In this document: positions 1 to 12,999 of the stretch, piece after piece | Layout of the letters: every line of letters starts with the position of its first letter | Numbering within the stretch: position 1 is the stretch's first letter | DNA from: the human T2T-CHM13v2.0 reference genome, Homo sapiens | DNA: 64,000 bases | Strand: one strand, 5' to 3' | NCBI RefSeq assembly: GCF_009914755.1 | Contig: NC_060928.1 | The notes under the pieces: model-generated | What the model saw: only the letters and a program-made list of their open reading frames with translations | Databases searched by the model: none | What the model was told of the DNA's origin: nothing | Position numbers and translations under genes: made by a program

Positions 1-152
1 TTTGAACTACTATTCAACAGTAACTTGGTTTATATTTGTAACATCAAAATTAAGAATACTTTTTATGGTGAAAGTTGCTCTTTCATGTTGAGTATTAGAT
101 TTAACTACGTGTCCCCTCATTTACATGTGTGGTTTCTGAATTTATTGATCTT

Positions 153-450
153 ATGTATTTATTTATTTATTTGACAGAGTCTCTCTCTGTTGTCCAGGCT
201 GGACTGCAGTGGCACAATCTCAGCTCACTGCAACCTCTGCCTCCCGGGTTGAAGCAATTCTCTGCCTCAGCCTCCCGAGTAGCTGGGATTACAGGTGCCT
301 GCCACCACGCCCAGCTAATTTTTTGTATTTTTAGTAAAGATGGAGTTTCACCATCTTGGCCAGGCTAGTCTTGAACTCCTGACTGCATTATCCACCAACC
401 TCGGCTTTCCAAATTGCTGGGATTACAGGCATGAGCCACCGCACCTGGCC
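153..450 (-). mobile_element. Alu SINE (AluS-type), full length
   Basis: Reverse-complement Alu body ending GAGCCACCGCACCTGGCC at 450. (TTTA)n tail at ~153-172. TSD TGATCTT at 146-152 and 451-457. Confidence 0.95.
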
Positions 451-654
451 TGATCTTTTTTCTTTCTATTGGTATCAAATACTTGAGGGAAATAAATAAG
501 TTTTAAAGAGGAATTAGGAGGATGGTCCTTGCACATACTTATAGAGAGAAATTTCAGCTTTAAGGAATAGGAAGAAAGTAGAAAAGATTAAAATTAACAT
601 AAAAATAAAGTAAGCTACCGATGTCAACCCTCCTGTTGCATATATTAGTTAAGC

Positions 655-968
655 CTTTTGTTCCTAAAGTGTTTTCTGGGAAAAAAAAAATGTCTTAATG
701 GAGCTTCAGGAACAAATAACAAATAAAAACCAGACAAAAGAAAACATGTTATGGTGAAATCAATTTTGAGAAATTGCACATTTTATTCACCATTAGAGAT
801 TCATGCATAAACTCACACGTTGAAGCTGTCAAAAGTGTTACAGAAAAGAAACTCATCTTACTATTAGCTCAGCATTTTCCAAATATTTTATCATCATGGA
901 ACACCTTTTTCTCATAACAGCTATTAATATGCTAAAGCAGAAATGTTTCTCTGGACACTTGGGAAATG
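655..968. mobile_element. Old hAT-Charlie MITE (MER103C-like)
   Basis: CAGAAAAGAAAC...CAGCATTTTCCAAA...GGAACACCTTTTT...ACACTTGGGAAATG resembles the recalled MER103C consensus. Confidence 0.5.
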
Positions 969-1609
969 ATCAGAGACAATAAAAATGTATTAGCCCAAAT
1001 AATTAAAATCAGATATTTTAGAATAAAGTTTCATAGATTCTGATTATTTAGAAGCAAATTCATTTTAAGGTTGTCAAAATTTTATCCCTGGAGTGTAAAA
1101 GTATTGACTGAATTTATGATTCATTCACAGCAACCCAAGAGAATAATTTTAACAAGAGCAATTAAGTCAGATGCATGAATTCATCTTACGAAAAAAAACC
1201 AAAAAAAACAAAACAAAAAAAACACTATTTTTGGTAAAGGAGCATTTTAAATAATATCATGGTAGTTTAACCAATAGTTATTCTAGATTGATTCTGGGAA
1301 AAATAATAGATGTATAAGGAAATTTAGACCATCTATTTTAAATCGTCAAAATATGTGTATGATTTAGCTTTCCCTATACTATCCATGGCTTTTCTTTAGA
1401 CAACCAGAAGGAACTATAGGTAGAATAAAGAATTTCAGATGCACTAAGAGTTGAATTTTATATCCATTTCATTAATCTATTTAATTTAAATCAATTTACA
1501 TTTTTTGAGTGCCTACTATATTCCATTCTCTATGCTTGGCTTCATATTAGTTTGTTCCCTCTGTTTGACTTGACATTGACTCATTCCATTCTAACATCAG
1601 CACTCAGAA

Positions 1610-1720
1610 TTAGTTATTATTTTCAATACAGACAAGAAAGCGAAAGTCCATAGAAGTAAACTGACTTCTTGAATACCTCATAGTAAATGGTAGAGTCGGA
1701 ATATAGACCCCAGGGTTCTT
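1610..1720 (-). mobile_element. MIR fragment
   Basis: Degenerate reverse MIR core (ACAGACAAGAAA...TAGTAAATGGTAGAGTCGGAATATAGACCC). Confidence 0.55.
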
Positions 1721-1799
1721 GTACTTTATCTGAGGAAAGGTCCACATAATCACAGTATCCCTCTAATGCTTTCTATTATGTGAGAGCTCTTGGAGCACT

Positions 1800-2007
1800 G
1801 TTGCAAAGAATGCATGCTCCAGTGACAAACTGGGCTCTGACTCTGTCACTGCTGTTTATCATGTGTGACCTTGGGAATATAAGTTAATTTCTTTGGACAT
1901 AGTGTCACATTCATTAAATGGGAATAATCATTAAGAATATTGAGTTAATAAATGTACAGCACTTAAAACAGCACATAGCACAAAGTAGATGTTCTCTTAA
2001 TGTTAGC
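1800..2007 (+). mobile_element. MIR SINE
   Basis: TGTGTGACCTTGGG...AAGTTAATTTCTTTG...AAATGGGAATAAT...GCACATAGCACAAAGTAGATGTTCTCTTAATGTTAGC follows the MIR consensus. Confidence 0.75.
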
Positions 2008-2649
2008 CAAAACAATCTTAATGGTTTTGGAGTTTTTCCCTATTTATTTTTTTTATTTGGGAATCAGTTAGTTATTTCTTCTTTTTTCTTTTTTTGTTTT
2101 GAGGTTTTCATTTATTTACCCTTCTATTCTCTTCCAGTGATATAATTCTTTTATTAATGCACAAGACTCATTAAGTATTATATTGACTATTCTGTTTAAG
2201 TCTTCTTGAAAATCTCTTGCAGAGCATCCTTTTTTGAGAGTGAGGAAGAAACTCTCTTTATCATTCTAATATTTTCCTTTTCTTCTCATTTGTGCTGAAA
2301 CCCATGACTTTTACTTTAATATTTACTCCCTTGATTTGCTGAAATACATCCTTCAATGGCTTTCCAAAACAAGTGAATTAAAGGTAAACTTTTAAAACAT
2401 TACCTGTATCCTGTATTAAAAAGTCTATATTTTACTTTTACATTTGAATTATAGTTTAGCTTGTTTAGATTCTAATTTGAAAGTTATTTTTCACTAAAAT
2501 ATCTCTGTTGTATTCTGGCTTCCAATGCTGCTACTAAAAAGTTCAATGTAGTTTTTATATTGACTAGTGCCTTCTGGATCATTCTATCCTTGTTGTAATG
2601 ATATGCCTCTGGCTTCATTTTATCCCATACTAACCTCCCCAGTAAACAG

Positions 2650-2720
2650 TTTTCTGTTTCTCTCTTGAAAAAGTTTTCTGTTAGTTTTCTCTCTTGAAAA
2701 AGTTTTCTCTCTTGAAAAAG
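2650..2720. repeat. Short tandem duplication TTTCTCTCTTGAAAAAG x3
   Basis: Three copies visible between ~2657 and 2720. Confidence 0.85.
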
Positions 2721-2724
2721 TCCT

Positions 2725-3318
2725 TTAATTCTGCCATGTGGTCAGGTTGAGAGTTCTTTGAATGCCTGAGTTTTGTTTCACTTTCAATTATAAATTCCAC
2801 CTTTAAATTATTTCTTTCTTTTCATGTTTTGCTATATGCAGTTAAAAGTACTCATGCATCTCCTTCAATATTTTGCTTAGAAATTTCTTCTGCCAGATAT
2901 CCTAGTTTACCACTCTTAAATTCTACCTTCTATAAAGCTGTAGGACAGAAATAAAATTCTGCCAAATTATTTACCGTTTTATACCACAAATGGCTTTAAC
3001 TTCAGTTTCCAATAGCGTATTTCTCATTTCCAGCTGAGATCTCATCAAAATTGCCTTTACCACACGTATTTCTACCAACATTCTGCTCACAACTATTTAA
3101 GTAATCTCTAAGAAAAATCAGACCTTCCCTACAGGTTCTTCTCTTCTTCTGAACCCTAATCAGAATTGCCCTTAATGCTCCATTCACAGCAATATAGGCT
3201 TTTTTCAGCATTCACTTCAAAACTGTTTAGGCCTCTACCCATTACCAAGTTCCAAAGCTGCTTTTGCATTTTCAGTTATTTTTTATAGCAGCAGCCCCAC
3301 TTCTCAGTACCAATTTTC
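2725..3318 (-). mobile_element. MaLR internal region, 5' part (MLT1A/MST-int)
   Basis: Minus strand directly after the LTR reads GAAAATTGGTACTGAGAAGTGGGGCTGCTGCTATAAAAAATAACTGAAAATG...GCAGCTTTGGAACT, the typical start of MaLR internal sequence. Confidence 0.8.
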
Positions 3319-3809
3319 TGTCTTAATCTGTTGTGTGCTGCTGTAATGCAGTACCACAGATGGAGTAATTTATTACTCAGCTAACACAGAAATACTTTGT
3401 TAAGTCATAGTTCTAGAGGCTAGGAAGTCCAAGATCTAGGGGCTGGCATCTGGCAAGAGCCTTCTTTCTGCATTGTCCCATGGTGGAAGAAGGGCAAAGA
3501 GAGAGTGAGAGAGAGAGAGGCAAAAGGAGGGCAAGCTTGCCTTCCTTTTATAAAAGGTTTTTTTTAAAACCTTTTATAAAACCTTTTAAAAAAGGTTCCT
3601 CCTTTTATAAGGAACCCACTTCTGAGATAACAGACTTCCATGTTATCTTCCATGTCTTGCTCATATACTGCCATAATGGCATTAATCCATTCACTTCACA
3701 CTTGTGACCTAATCATGTCTCATAATTAAGACCCCACCTCCCAACACTGTCACATTGGGGATTAAATTTCCAACACATGCTTATTGGAGGACACATTGAA
3801 ACCACAGCA
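3319..3809 (-). mobile_element. MaLR LTR (MLT1A/MSTD-like), 5' LTR of a truncated element
   Basis: TGTCTTAATCTG...TTCTAGAGGCTAGGAAGTCCAAGATC...CCCCACCTCCCAACACTG...GGACACATTGAAACCACAGCA. Confidence 0.85.
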
Positions 3810-3884
3810 CTATTTTTATAGCTCTTGTTTCATGGAACAATGTATTTTCTTATCTCTCTAAAGATACCATTGGTATACTTTTTC

Positions 3885-6070
3885 TGTTTTTATTTTGAAA
3901 ATAAAACAGATTTACAGAAAAGTTTCAAATAGTATACAGAGTTCTCATATATCCATACTCAATTTCCTCTAGTGATACCATCTTGTATAACTATAGTACA
4001 ATGATCAAAACTAAGAAATTAACATTGTTACAATACATAAACTAAACTACAGACTTCATTCGTGTTTTATAAGTTTCTTTTTTTTTTCCTTTCTCTAACG
4101 CCCTTTATCTCTTCCAGGATTCCACATTGCATTTAATCATTGTGTCTCTTTAGTGTCCTCTAGTCTGTGACAGTTCCTCAGTCTTTCCTTGTCTTCATGA
4201 CCTTACTCTTGAAGAGTATTGATCAGTTTTTTTCTAGCATATCATTTAATTTAGATCTGTGTTATATTTTCCCATGAATAAATTAAGGTTGTGGATTTTG
4301 GGGAAGAATATAAAAGTTATGTGCTGTTCTGAGTATGTCATATCAAGGATACCTGATGATGATATGTGCTATCACTGGTGATATTTACCTTGATCACCTA
4401 GATAAGGTGGTTTCTGCCTGTTTTATCCCAATTTTAATGTATATTTTCTTTTGTAGTTAATAAATATTTTAAGAAAGATATCTTAAGACAGCATATGCCA
4501 CGTTTCATCTCAAAAGTTTGCACCCTAAGTTTAGCTTCCGTTGGTGGATATTGCTTACAATAATTATTGTTGTGTCTGTGATTTTTATTTTCTGTGTGCC
4601 TTCTACATTTATTAATTGGAATAATTACATTATTCTGTTTGAAAGGGATTTCTCCTTACAATCCCTACAACATATTTTTATTTACTTATTTATTTAGTTA
4701 CTTATTTTATATTGATATGGATTCATGACTGTTGATTTTATAATTCAGTACTATCTTTATTTTCTTGCTCAATTGTTTTCATTTTAGGGACTGATTCAGA
4801 TTAGTTTCAGTGACCATCCAACTTACGTCTACATGTTTTTTAGCACTTAGTTACTCCAGAAAGTACACAGACACCACAACAAGATGTTCCAGGCTTATCT
4901 TGTATTTATGCTGTTCCAGCCTGGAATCAGCTACTTTTCCCAGAAACTCTGGTTTCTGATTTATTGAACCATAATTTTTAGAAACTACATTGTGGTTCTC
5001 AGTGTGCTCATTACTATTTGGGTATTATTGCTTCTAGGACTTTACACACATATATACACATCTATATTTACATACATATTTAGTTGTACTTATCTTTTTA
5101 AAATACTCATACAGCTTATATTGACATCTCCAATTCTAATCCAGCTCCACTGGGTCCATGTAGCCTTTCCCCTTTCCTTATTTGTAACTACATTCTCCAA
5201 AACTGAGAAACATCTTTCAATCTACATTGTCTACAATATATTCATTTATTTGGTCAACACTACTCTGTATTTAAAGTAGTTCCAGAACTCTAACTGGACT
5301 TCCTTTGAGAAACAAACTTCTTATCTAGAGTACAGTATTTGTGCACAGTTTTTCTTTTTGTTATTAGCCTTATGGAACCCAGTTAAAATGCTGTTTTCCA
5401 ATGTAACTTACTGTATTCATTTCCTGGGATTACTATAATAAAGTAACAAAAACAAGGTGGTTTAAAACATTTAAGAAATTCATTGTCCCACAGTTCTGAA
5501 GGCTAGAAGTCTGAAATCAATATGTCTGCAGGCCATGCTTTCTCTGATGACTCTAGGGGACAATCTTTCCTTCCTTCTTCTAGTTTCTGGGGTTCCTTGG
5601 CTTGTAGGTGCATCACTCTAGTCATATTGCTGTCTGATTTCTGTATATAGTCACATTGTCTTCCCACTGTGTGTGTGTCTGTCTTTGTGTCCAGATTTCT
5701 TCTTTTTGGATTGGATTAGGACCCACACTAATGACTTCATTTTAAATTGATTGCCTCTGCAAAGAGCTATTTTCAAATAAGTTCATAGTCACAGGCACCA
5801 GGGGCTTCAAACATTAACATATCTTTTTGGAGGCACCCAATTCAACCTCTTCAGTATGGTTATATTATTCATATGTTATATAATTAGATTTTATTTGTTA
5901 CAGTTTATATTCTCCTTTGGCTCCACTGACATCCTGGTGATATTTTTAAAACTTGCATATAATTGTTTATTCTTAGTGCTATTTATTCTTAATGCTGTAT
6001 AGTTGTGCAGGTTTTGACAAATACACAATGTCGTTTATACACAAAGTCATTTATTTATCACCACAGTCAT
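3885..6070 (-). mobile_element. Old L1 (L1MC4/5-like) 3' region, interrupted by an MLT1 LTR
   Basis: ATTTACAGAAAAGTTTCAAATAGTATACAGAGTTCTCATATA...ACTATAGTACAATGATCAAAACTAAGAAATTAACATTG, and AGATGTTCCAGGCTTATCTTGTAT...CCTGGAATCAGC. Confidence 0.7.
5412..5853 (-). mobile_element. MaLR solo LTR (MLT1C-like)
   Basis: TGTATTCATTTCCTGGG...CACAGTTCTGAAGGCTAGAAGTCTGAAATCAA...ATTGGATTAGGACCCAC...GGCACCCAATTCAACC. Confidence 0.8.
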
Positions 6071-6309
6071 GCTGCAGCGCAGTTCCATTACCCTTCCACT
6101 GAATTTCTGCAGCCCTCCACAGTCTCTAATAATTTTTTGAAGTGTTATTTTCCCTATATTGACTATCTCTTCCAAGGTTTTATTTTCGTTTTGTGCTTCT
6201 GTTTGTTTTAGCTTCTGTCTTTGATATTAAAGGGTTTCCTAAAGTGTGGTAAATTTTAGTCATCTTCTCACATCTAAGAGTGAGACAACCCAAAACTGAT
6301 TTTGCGTTT

Positions 6310-6349
6310 TGTGTGTGTATGTGTGTGTGTGTGTGTGCATGTGTGTGTG
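6310..6349. repeat. (TG)n microsatellite, imperfect
   Basis: TGTGTGTGTATGTGTGTGTGTGTGTGTGCATGTGTGTGTG. Confidence 0.95.
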
Positions 6350-6769
6350 AGAGCTGGGTGATGCTGGTAAACTTGGGCCATTCCTTTGGGAGAAATACTG
6401 AGGGTAACACCATTTCTCTTGAGCTAGTCCTATTTTTTAGACAAAGCATTTCTAAATTCATGCTGAAAATAAGTCTTATTCTACTCCAAATTCTATTTGG
6501 CCTCTTGTATTTATGCCAAAAGAAAAAAAAACTTGATAGTATATCACTTTTGTATAGTTTGAGGAAGAAATGAAAGTCAGTTCATGAATTCAAACTACTA
6601 TCTTTAACAAGAAGTCTGTAATTTTTTGCTATACATATAATTAAAGCTTTCCTCAAATTTTTGTTTACAGGAAGCAAAATTTATGGAGGAAAGAACTCAA
6701 ATGTTGAAAACAGGGACAAATGTGGGTATGCAATCTGACTTCATGTGACTTTAGCTGCAATGTGGATGA

Positions 6770-7285
6770 CAGAGAAAGATGAGGCTGAAAAAAGCGACGT
6801 AGTTTCCACGATTATTGCACTAATTCATATAAGATAAATTGAAGACCCTCATAGGGATTGTAAGAATGAGTTCAAGAGAAATCAAGACATTTGAGAAATA
6901 TATGAGGGGTAATATTTACAGAATTAGTTATTAAATGAGGATATAAGAAGTCAACCATGGTGCCTCCATTTTTGCTTTAGGAAACTGAGAGAATGATAGT
7001 GTCATTTTCTAAGTAGTGCAAAAACAAAAGGAGCTTTGGGGAAGTGTTTGGGTTCAATCGAAGGTGTATTTATTATGCAGTAACTACTAGCAATATCCAC
7101 ATGTACTAGGTGTTTGTATATGTGGATAGGGAAAACTGGAGAGAAATCTATTCCAAAGGTATTTGAGAGTTTTTAGCATGTAAATGGCAATTGAAGTTAC
7201 GAGCGTAGATTACATCAACCAGCAAGAATAAGAAGGTTGAGAAGAAAGGCAAGCAAAAGTCCTGAGGCCCACCATCATTCAAGAT
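6770..7285 (-). mobile_element. L2 LINE fragment
   Basis: Purine-rich L2-like motifs, e.g. ATTTGAGAGTTTTTAGCATGTAAATGGCAATTGAAG...GATTACATCAACCAG...GAGAAGAAAGG. Confidence 0.6.
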
Positions 7286-7544
7286 ACAGAGTTTCTTATT
7301 TTCTTTTTGTCTAACTTCATTACTGAGAATCTTGGACCAGGCTGTGAAGAGTAATCGAGTTCTCTGTAAGAGTCACTGAGAAGAGCATAGCTTTTCCTTT
7401 GACAAGGATCATGCTGAGAGTGATACTCAGATTTCTTTCTTCAGAGAAAATAAAAGCAAAATAACAACATTATCCTCTTTCAGCAAGTCAAAGTCACTAC
7501 TAACCTGTTTTAACATTTTTTCAACAACATTTTACAATCTCCAG

Positions 7545-7790
7545 AAAAAGTCTTATAATGCATGTTAATCACAGAAAATTTAGAGAAAACAGAAAACATA
7601 GAAGAAGAAAATAAAACTGAAAACATATAATCCCATCACCTAGAGTAAAAGATGGTTAATATTTTGCCGAATTTCCTTTAGGCTTTTATATTACTTATTC
7701 AATAAAATTGTGATTAAATTATATATTCTATTTTAGCTCCTCTATCACTTAACATCACACATTGTGAATTTTCTCAGAATTATATCTTTA
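7545..7790 (-). mobile_element. Old L1 (L1ME-type) 3' end fragment
   Basis: AGAAAATTTAGAGAAAACAGAAAA...TATAATCCCATCACCTAGAG...TTAATATTTTG. Confidence 0.6.
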
Positions 7791-8612
7791 AATAATTCAT
7801 GGAGATTTTTACAGAGAAAATCTGCAAAGGATTCAACACTATTCTAATTTTAACTTTTGGAGTGAAGGTCTAAATTTCCATAGTTTGTCTTGTTCTGGAA
7901 ATCCAAGCCATTTAGGTAATATTAACACATGTACAATATTTTCCCTTGGCAAGTGTTTATAGAATCTGATGTTTTCACTTTTAAAAGTGAGAAGATTCAC
8001 ATTTGTCTGCATTGTTTATACTGCACCCACCAAACACCAGCAAATAGATTGACTGAAGATTACAGTAATAAATAATAGAGCTATGGATTTGCAGCTGCTT
8101 TTAACCAACATTTATACAATTCTTTATAAGCTCTGGTGCGGATCTTTGCATACATTTGAGAGTACATTGCTCACCTTGTGAGAGGTACATTAACTCTTTC
8201 AAGTCTCAAGGGCACCATTTAGTAAATGACTTCTTTAGTGCTCTAAATGTACCTTAGTGCCATGAAAGAGACACATTAATCTTCAGAACATCCCATGAGT
8301 ACATAGGTCAGGAAATAAAATTTTCTTGGTTTTCTCAGCTCAAACATTATGAAGCTCACATTATTACACAGGCAATTCTCACTGTATTCTATTTCCCTAA
8401 GTTCCTAAGTAACACCCAGATTCGAGGCCTGAAAAAGAAATAATTATGCACGCAAGAAGTCTGTTTTCATTGAATTCCTAGAATGACTGAAAAGAGAAAC
8501 CCTAAGTCATAAATCTAATTGCATCATAAGTATCAATCTACTTGATTTACTTACTACTTGATTTATTTACTTCGTCTGTCAAGGAAAATGCAGATATAAA
8601 AATGATATGAAA

Positions 8613-8706
8613 ACTTTATACTTACAATTGAAAAAGTATAAAATATAATACTTTATACTTACAACTGAAAAAGTATAAAATATAATACTTTATACTTACA
8701 ACTGAA
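8613..8706. repeat. 37-bp tandem repeat, ~2.5 copies
   Basis: Unit ACTTTATACTTACAAYTGAAAAAGTATAAAATATAAT starting at 8613, 8650 and 8687. Confidence 0.95.
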
Positions 8707-9810
8707 CTCTGCTGTTTACTGGACAAAAGAAGAGTAATCTATGACTCACAACCCAATAGAAAAAAATTCTGTTTAATGTTATCAATTCTGTGTATGGAAC
8801 ATATGATAATTTTGTATAAGTTTCTAAGTTGAAATGAAATATAACCAGGGTAAGAAATTTATAGATTGCTGCATGCAAAACTACAGGTGTTTTGTCATCA
8901 GTTTTTCTGCATTTTTTATTTCTCTGTTTTCATATTTCTCATAATGCAAGGATATTCCAACTCAGGTTTAGGCCACTACTATTTATTTCTTTTTTGAGTT
9001 TGACTATCTAAATAATAGGAAGACATACAGGAAATTTCTCTGCTTTTTGTTATTAATATTGTCTACTTTTTAATTTAATCACATCTATGTTGAGGGAAAC
9101 TAACATTCCCAAGTATTGCAATTCTAAGAGAAATGAGAACAGAAGTCTTGAAAGTATGCCTTCTTTAGAATGAGAAAATGCATATAAAATTCTTAGCCTC
9201 ATCACTGGCACATAGTTAAGGCTCAATAATGCTAGCCAAATTTGTTTACTTTTAAAAAAGTACTAAATTATATTCCAGTCCATTTAAGAATCTGATGCTT
9301 TCTGAAAATGTTCATAATTATCAAAATTTTTAACTTTTTTTCTGAATCTAAAGAACTCAACCACGAAGTCCACTGAACTCTTTTGATAGCATGCCTAAGG
9401 AAAGAAGATGCAAAAAATAGGTAATGTCAGGGCCTGAAAACCTAGCCTTGCTTGAGGATAGCTCCAGAGGAAGAGATGGGGAAATGGGCTTCAGGTCTAA
9501 TGCAATGTACGCAAGGCAAATTTAAGTTTAGCCTTGACCAGTGCCCAGAGTCTGATGTGAGAGAAGCTGCATAGCCACTGGAGTCTCCAGATCATTCCAG
9601 CACTCACGGAAGGGGAGGCAATAAGGTGGTCACAGACAATCTGTCCAATTTGTAGAAGCACTTTAGCTCTAGCTAAGAGTTTAGAGGAGTATATCCATCT
9701 TTATTAACTAGGGAAAGGTCAAAATTAGCATGGCAAGCAAAACCTTTGTGGGAGAAAGTCTTCTTTGTGTGTGTATGTGTGTGTGTCAGAAATGTTGGAA
9801 AGCAATGAGG

Positions 9811-9969
9811 ATGTCACATGGTGACAGATGAAGCAAGAGAGAGGCCGAGGGGAGGTGTCAGGCTCTTCTTAACAACCAGCTCTCCTGGAAAGTATCAGAG
9901 CAAGAACTCACTCACCTCTCAACCCCACCCTGGAGTGCATTAATCTATTAATGAAGAATCCACTTCCAT
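9811..9969 (-). mobile_element. MSTB-type LTR, central fragment only
   Basis: TCACATGGTGACAGATGAAGCAAGAGAGA...GGAGGTGTCAGGCTCTTCTTAACAACCAGCTCTC...AGAACTCACTCAC...CATTAATCTATTAATGAAGAATCCAC. Confidence 0.75.
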
Positions 9970-9970
9970 T

Positions 9971-10508
9971 TTGATTATTTCAAGGTGAAAGCACTTGAGA
10001 AACTGTACTTTCAGAAAGCGCTATCTGACCTGTCCTTTCCCAAATGCAGCAAGCCATAAAAAATCCTCTGAGGAGGATCCTCTCATACCAGCGTGAGAAA
10101 ATAACCATTATAATCAGAGGCTGGAAATAGTTGCTTTAACGGACCTATATAAATAAACTTACTGAAGAAACTCTTACCTTCCTTGATTTTACATGTCCCA
10201 CTTCCCCATCCCCATACATCTTCTAGTGACTTTCCTAGAATTTACTGCCTCTAGCTCAGGTCCCTTTGTCCTGTCATTTCTTCACAAATTTATCATTCTT
10301 TGTCTAAAATGTATAAAAGATTTATCTTTTGGCCATGTCTTCAGGTCTTCATTTTCTTGTGAGTGTCCCTATGTACCATGCAAAAATTAATAAAACTTGT
10401 ATGCATTTCTCCTGATAATCTCTCTTGTGTCAATTTGATTTCTAGTCCCAACTTAGGATCCTACTTAAAAACTAAGATGGCTAGAGGTGATATGTGAACT
10501 CTCTTGTA
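9971..10508 (+). mobile_element. ERV1-class solo LTR (MER34-like)
   Basis: GATTATTTCAAGGTGAAAGCACTTGAGAA start, TATA-like GTATAAAA, and AATAAAACTTGTATGCATTTCTCCTGATAATCT poly(A) region. Confidence 0.65.
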
Positions 10509-11027
10509 ATCAGATGCCCATTCAGAGAAATGTGTAAAATACATTGTGATAGGAGGCAGAAAGAAAGCTTTCACTCAGTGGGCACCGAAGTTCCCAGAAC
10601 TCCTGCTAATAATAAGCAATACTGAAGATTATAAAACTAGTTCCAGTTGATGGAAATGCACAATTTATATATTTCCTACTTATCTGCAGAGATTTGCCTC
10701 AACTTCTCAAAACCATCCTAAAGACTATTGTACTGAGTCTGTTGTGTCCAAAACTCGTAGTTGATGCTGTATCCCTAATAGTACACTCTGACAATAAATT
10801 ACTGTGTGGTAGTTATTCTACATCTATTATTCAATTGTTATGTCAACTCAGCAACAGAGTTTGATTATTCTCATTTTACAGAAAGTAAAAAAAATTCAGA
10901 GATGTTTAGTGTCAGAGTTTCATGGAGCTCCAATTAATTATCAGTTTTTCTAGCTCCAAAGGGTTTCTACCACACTGCTTTTTATAATGGGGTTTTGTAA
11001 TAATGTGGAAGATGTCATTGTGCAAAC

Positions 11028-11512
11028 TGTATATTCATCAGGGTTCTCCAGAGAAACAGAACCAATAGGAAATATATATTTTATATCTATATACAGATAT
11101 TTAATATGAAGAACTGCTCCCACAATTATGGAGGTTGAGAAATCCTATAATCTGCTGTCTGCACACTGCAGACCCAAGAAAGACAGTTTCATTACTCAGT
11201 CTGAGTCCAAAGACCTGAGAACCTAGAATCATTTGCTACATCATTTAGTAAATTAAATAAATCTCAAGCCAAGGTGAGAAAAAGGTGAGAAGAGATATCC
11301 CAGCTTCTTCAGTGAGCTGCAAACTCCTACCACTGCTTTTTTTCTGCTCAGGCCCTCAATGGATTGGATAATGCTCACCCACACCGGGGAGGGCAATCTA
11401 CTTCACTGAGACAATGCCATCCAGAAATACCCTTGCAGATACATATGGAAACACTGTTTAATCTGGGTACCTTGTAGCACACTCAAGTTGACACATAAAA
11501 TTTACCATCACA
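11028..11512 (-). mobile_element. ERVL solo LTR (MLT2-type)
   Basis: CAGGGTTCTCCAGAGAAACAGAACCAATAGGA...GGATTGGATAATGCTCACCCACA...AAGTTGACACATAAAATTTACCATCACA. Confidence 0.9.
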
Positions 11513-11800
11513 AATTGCAAAAGGGCTTCATTGGCTCACATGTATGAAATGACCAGAGATAGGGTGGGCTTGACTCAATTTTATGGAAGCTTGAAGTCAT
11601 CTTTGATTGTCTCCTCCCCTCCACTCTAACTTGGCCTCAATAGATCCTAGTCTCACATCTGGGCACCACGCCATGAGAGCTAGGGGAAAAAAATCTAACC
11701 AGAGAATAAAACTCTGCATTTCATTCTGATTGAACTAATTTAGTTCAAGTGCCCTGGACAGTTACTGAGGTTGGGATGTAGGAGCCACCCAGAGTCCCTC
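11513..11800 (-). mobile_element. Old MaLR LTR fragment (MLT1J/K/L-like)
   Basis: ATTGGCTCACATGTATGAAA...TCATTCTGATTGAACTAATTTAGTTCAAGTGCCC. Confidence 0.45.
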
Positions 11801-12999
11801 CTGCTATCCACATTAGAATCAACTCACCAGAACTAAATACCTGCCTTTTTAGTGAAAAGGAGGAAAACGGAGGGATGGAAACCCAGAATTTCTACCTTAA
11901 TTTATTGGTAAATGTTGACTGAATAAAGGAGAAAAATGATTTATAAACTGTCTCTCTGGTAACTATTTTTATTCTAGCTTTTTTTAATTTTTAATTTGCT
12001 AGTTATATTTTTATTATTTATTAAATATTCATGTGCCATAAATAAATAAATAAATAAATCAGCATAGTGGCAAAAATTAAATGATTGCAGTTTAATTTAT
12101 AAAATTTGAGAGAAGACATTCTAAATTTGTGGAGGAAAAAAAATAATAAAAGTTGAAAACATTATAGATGTCAGAAATGTTTCGATGATGCCTACCTGAA
12201 AAGCAGGTTAAAAATTACCTGATAAGCTAAAATAAATGAATGTTGTTCTCACAAGTCAGTGGAATTAATATTATACTTAGTATCCTGGTTACTGGTCTTG
12301 CACAGGGACATCACATTAATATAAATCATTACGGATGACGCTAAATTGAGACAGAGGTGTTCACAGCAGCCAGCACTGCTAAACATGCAGCCTAACAATA
12401 TTTGAAATCATAAGGAAAAAGAGAAAATGCTAAAATTATAAATTATTTCTCCATTCACCAAATGCAGGTAACATGCCCAGTAAAGTGCAAGGAAACCAAG
12501 AAGCAGTCACATATGAGCACCAAATGGAATAATGTGACAATGAAGTACTATTCCATACAAAGAGAATGAGCTGAAATAAACTACTTTCCTTGGCCTAATC
12601 CTACCTGACAGAACAGAAACACAAGCTCCTTGAAGAGCGACCTCTTCTTCTTATCCTATAAAACTTACTAGACCTTAACATAGTTCCAGACACATAGGCT
12701 GAGCTCAATAAATATTTGTGGGACTCATAAAGACTGTGGTGATAAGCACCAGTGAGAGCTGTATAAAAAAAAAAGCCACTGTTTTCAGAGGTTCCTTAGC
12801 AACTGGAGTATTTTCGCTTAATCATGTGTTCACCATATTCAATCTATCTGGTATTTCAATTCTGGTATTCTTCCTCCTCAAGCTCCCTAGAAGATTTCTA
12901 CTTTTCTCACTTTCAGCAAATCTCTTATTCCTTTGTTTATAAAGTAGAAGCCATTGGGGAAAAGTGCCTGGCCACCTCCTCCCCAGTTCTTGTTTATAC

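Noticed and set aside
129-368. 79-aa ORF, and similar ORFs at 49344-49715, 50464-50652, 52721-52990 and 58299-58520
   Set aside because: They are translations of Alu sequence (e.g. [20 protein letters not shown]), not genes.
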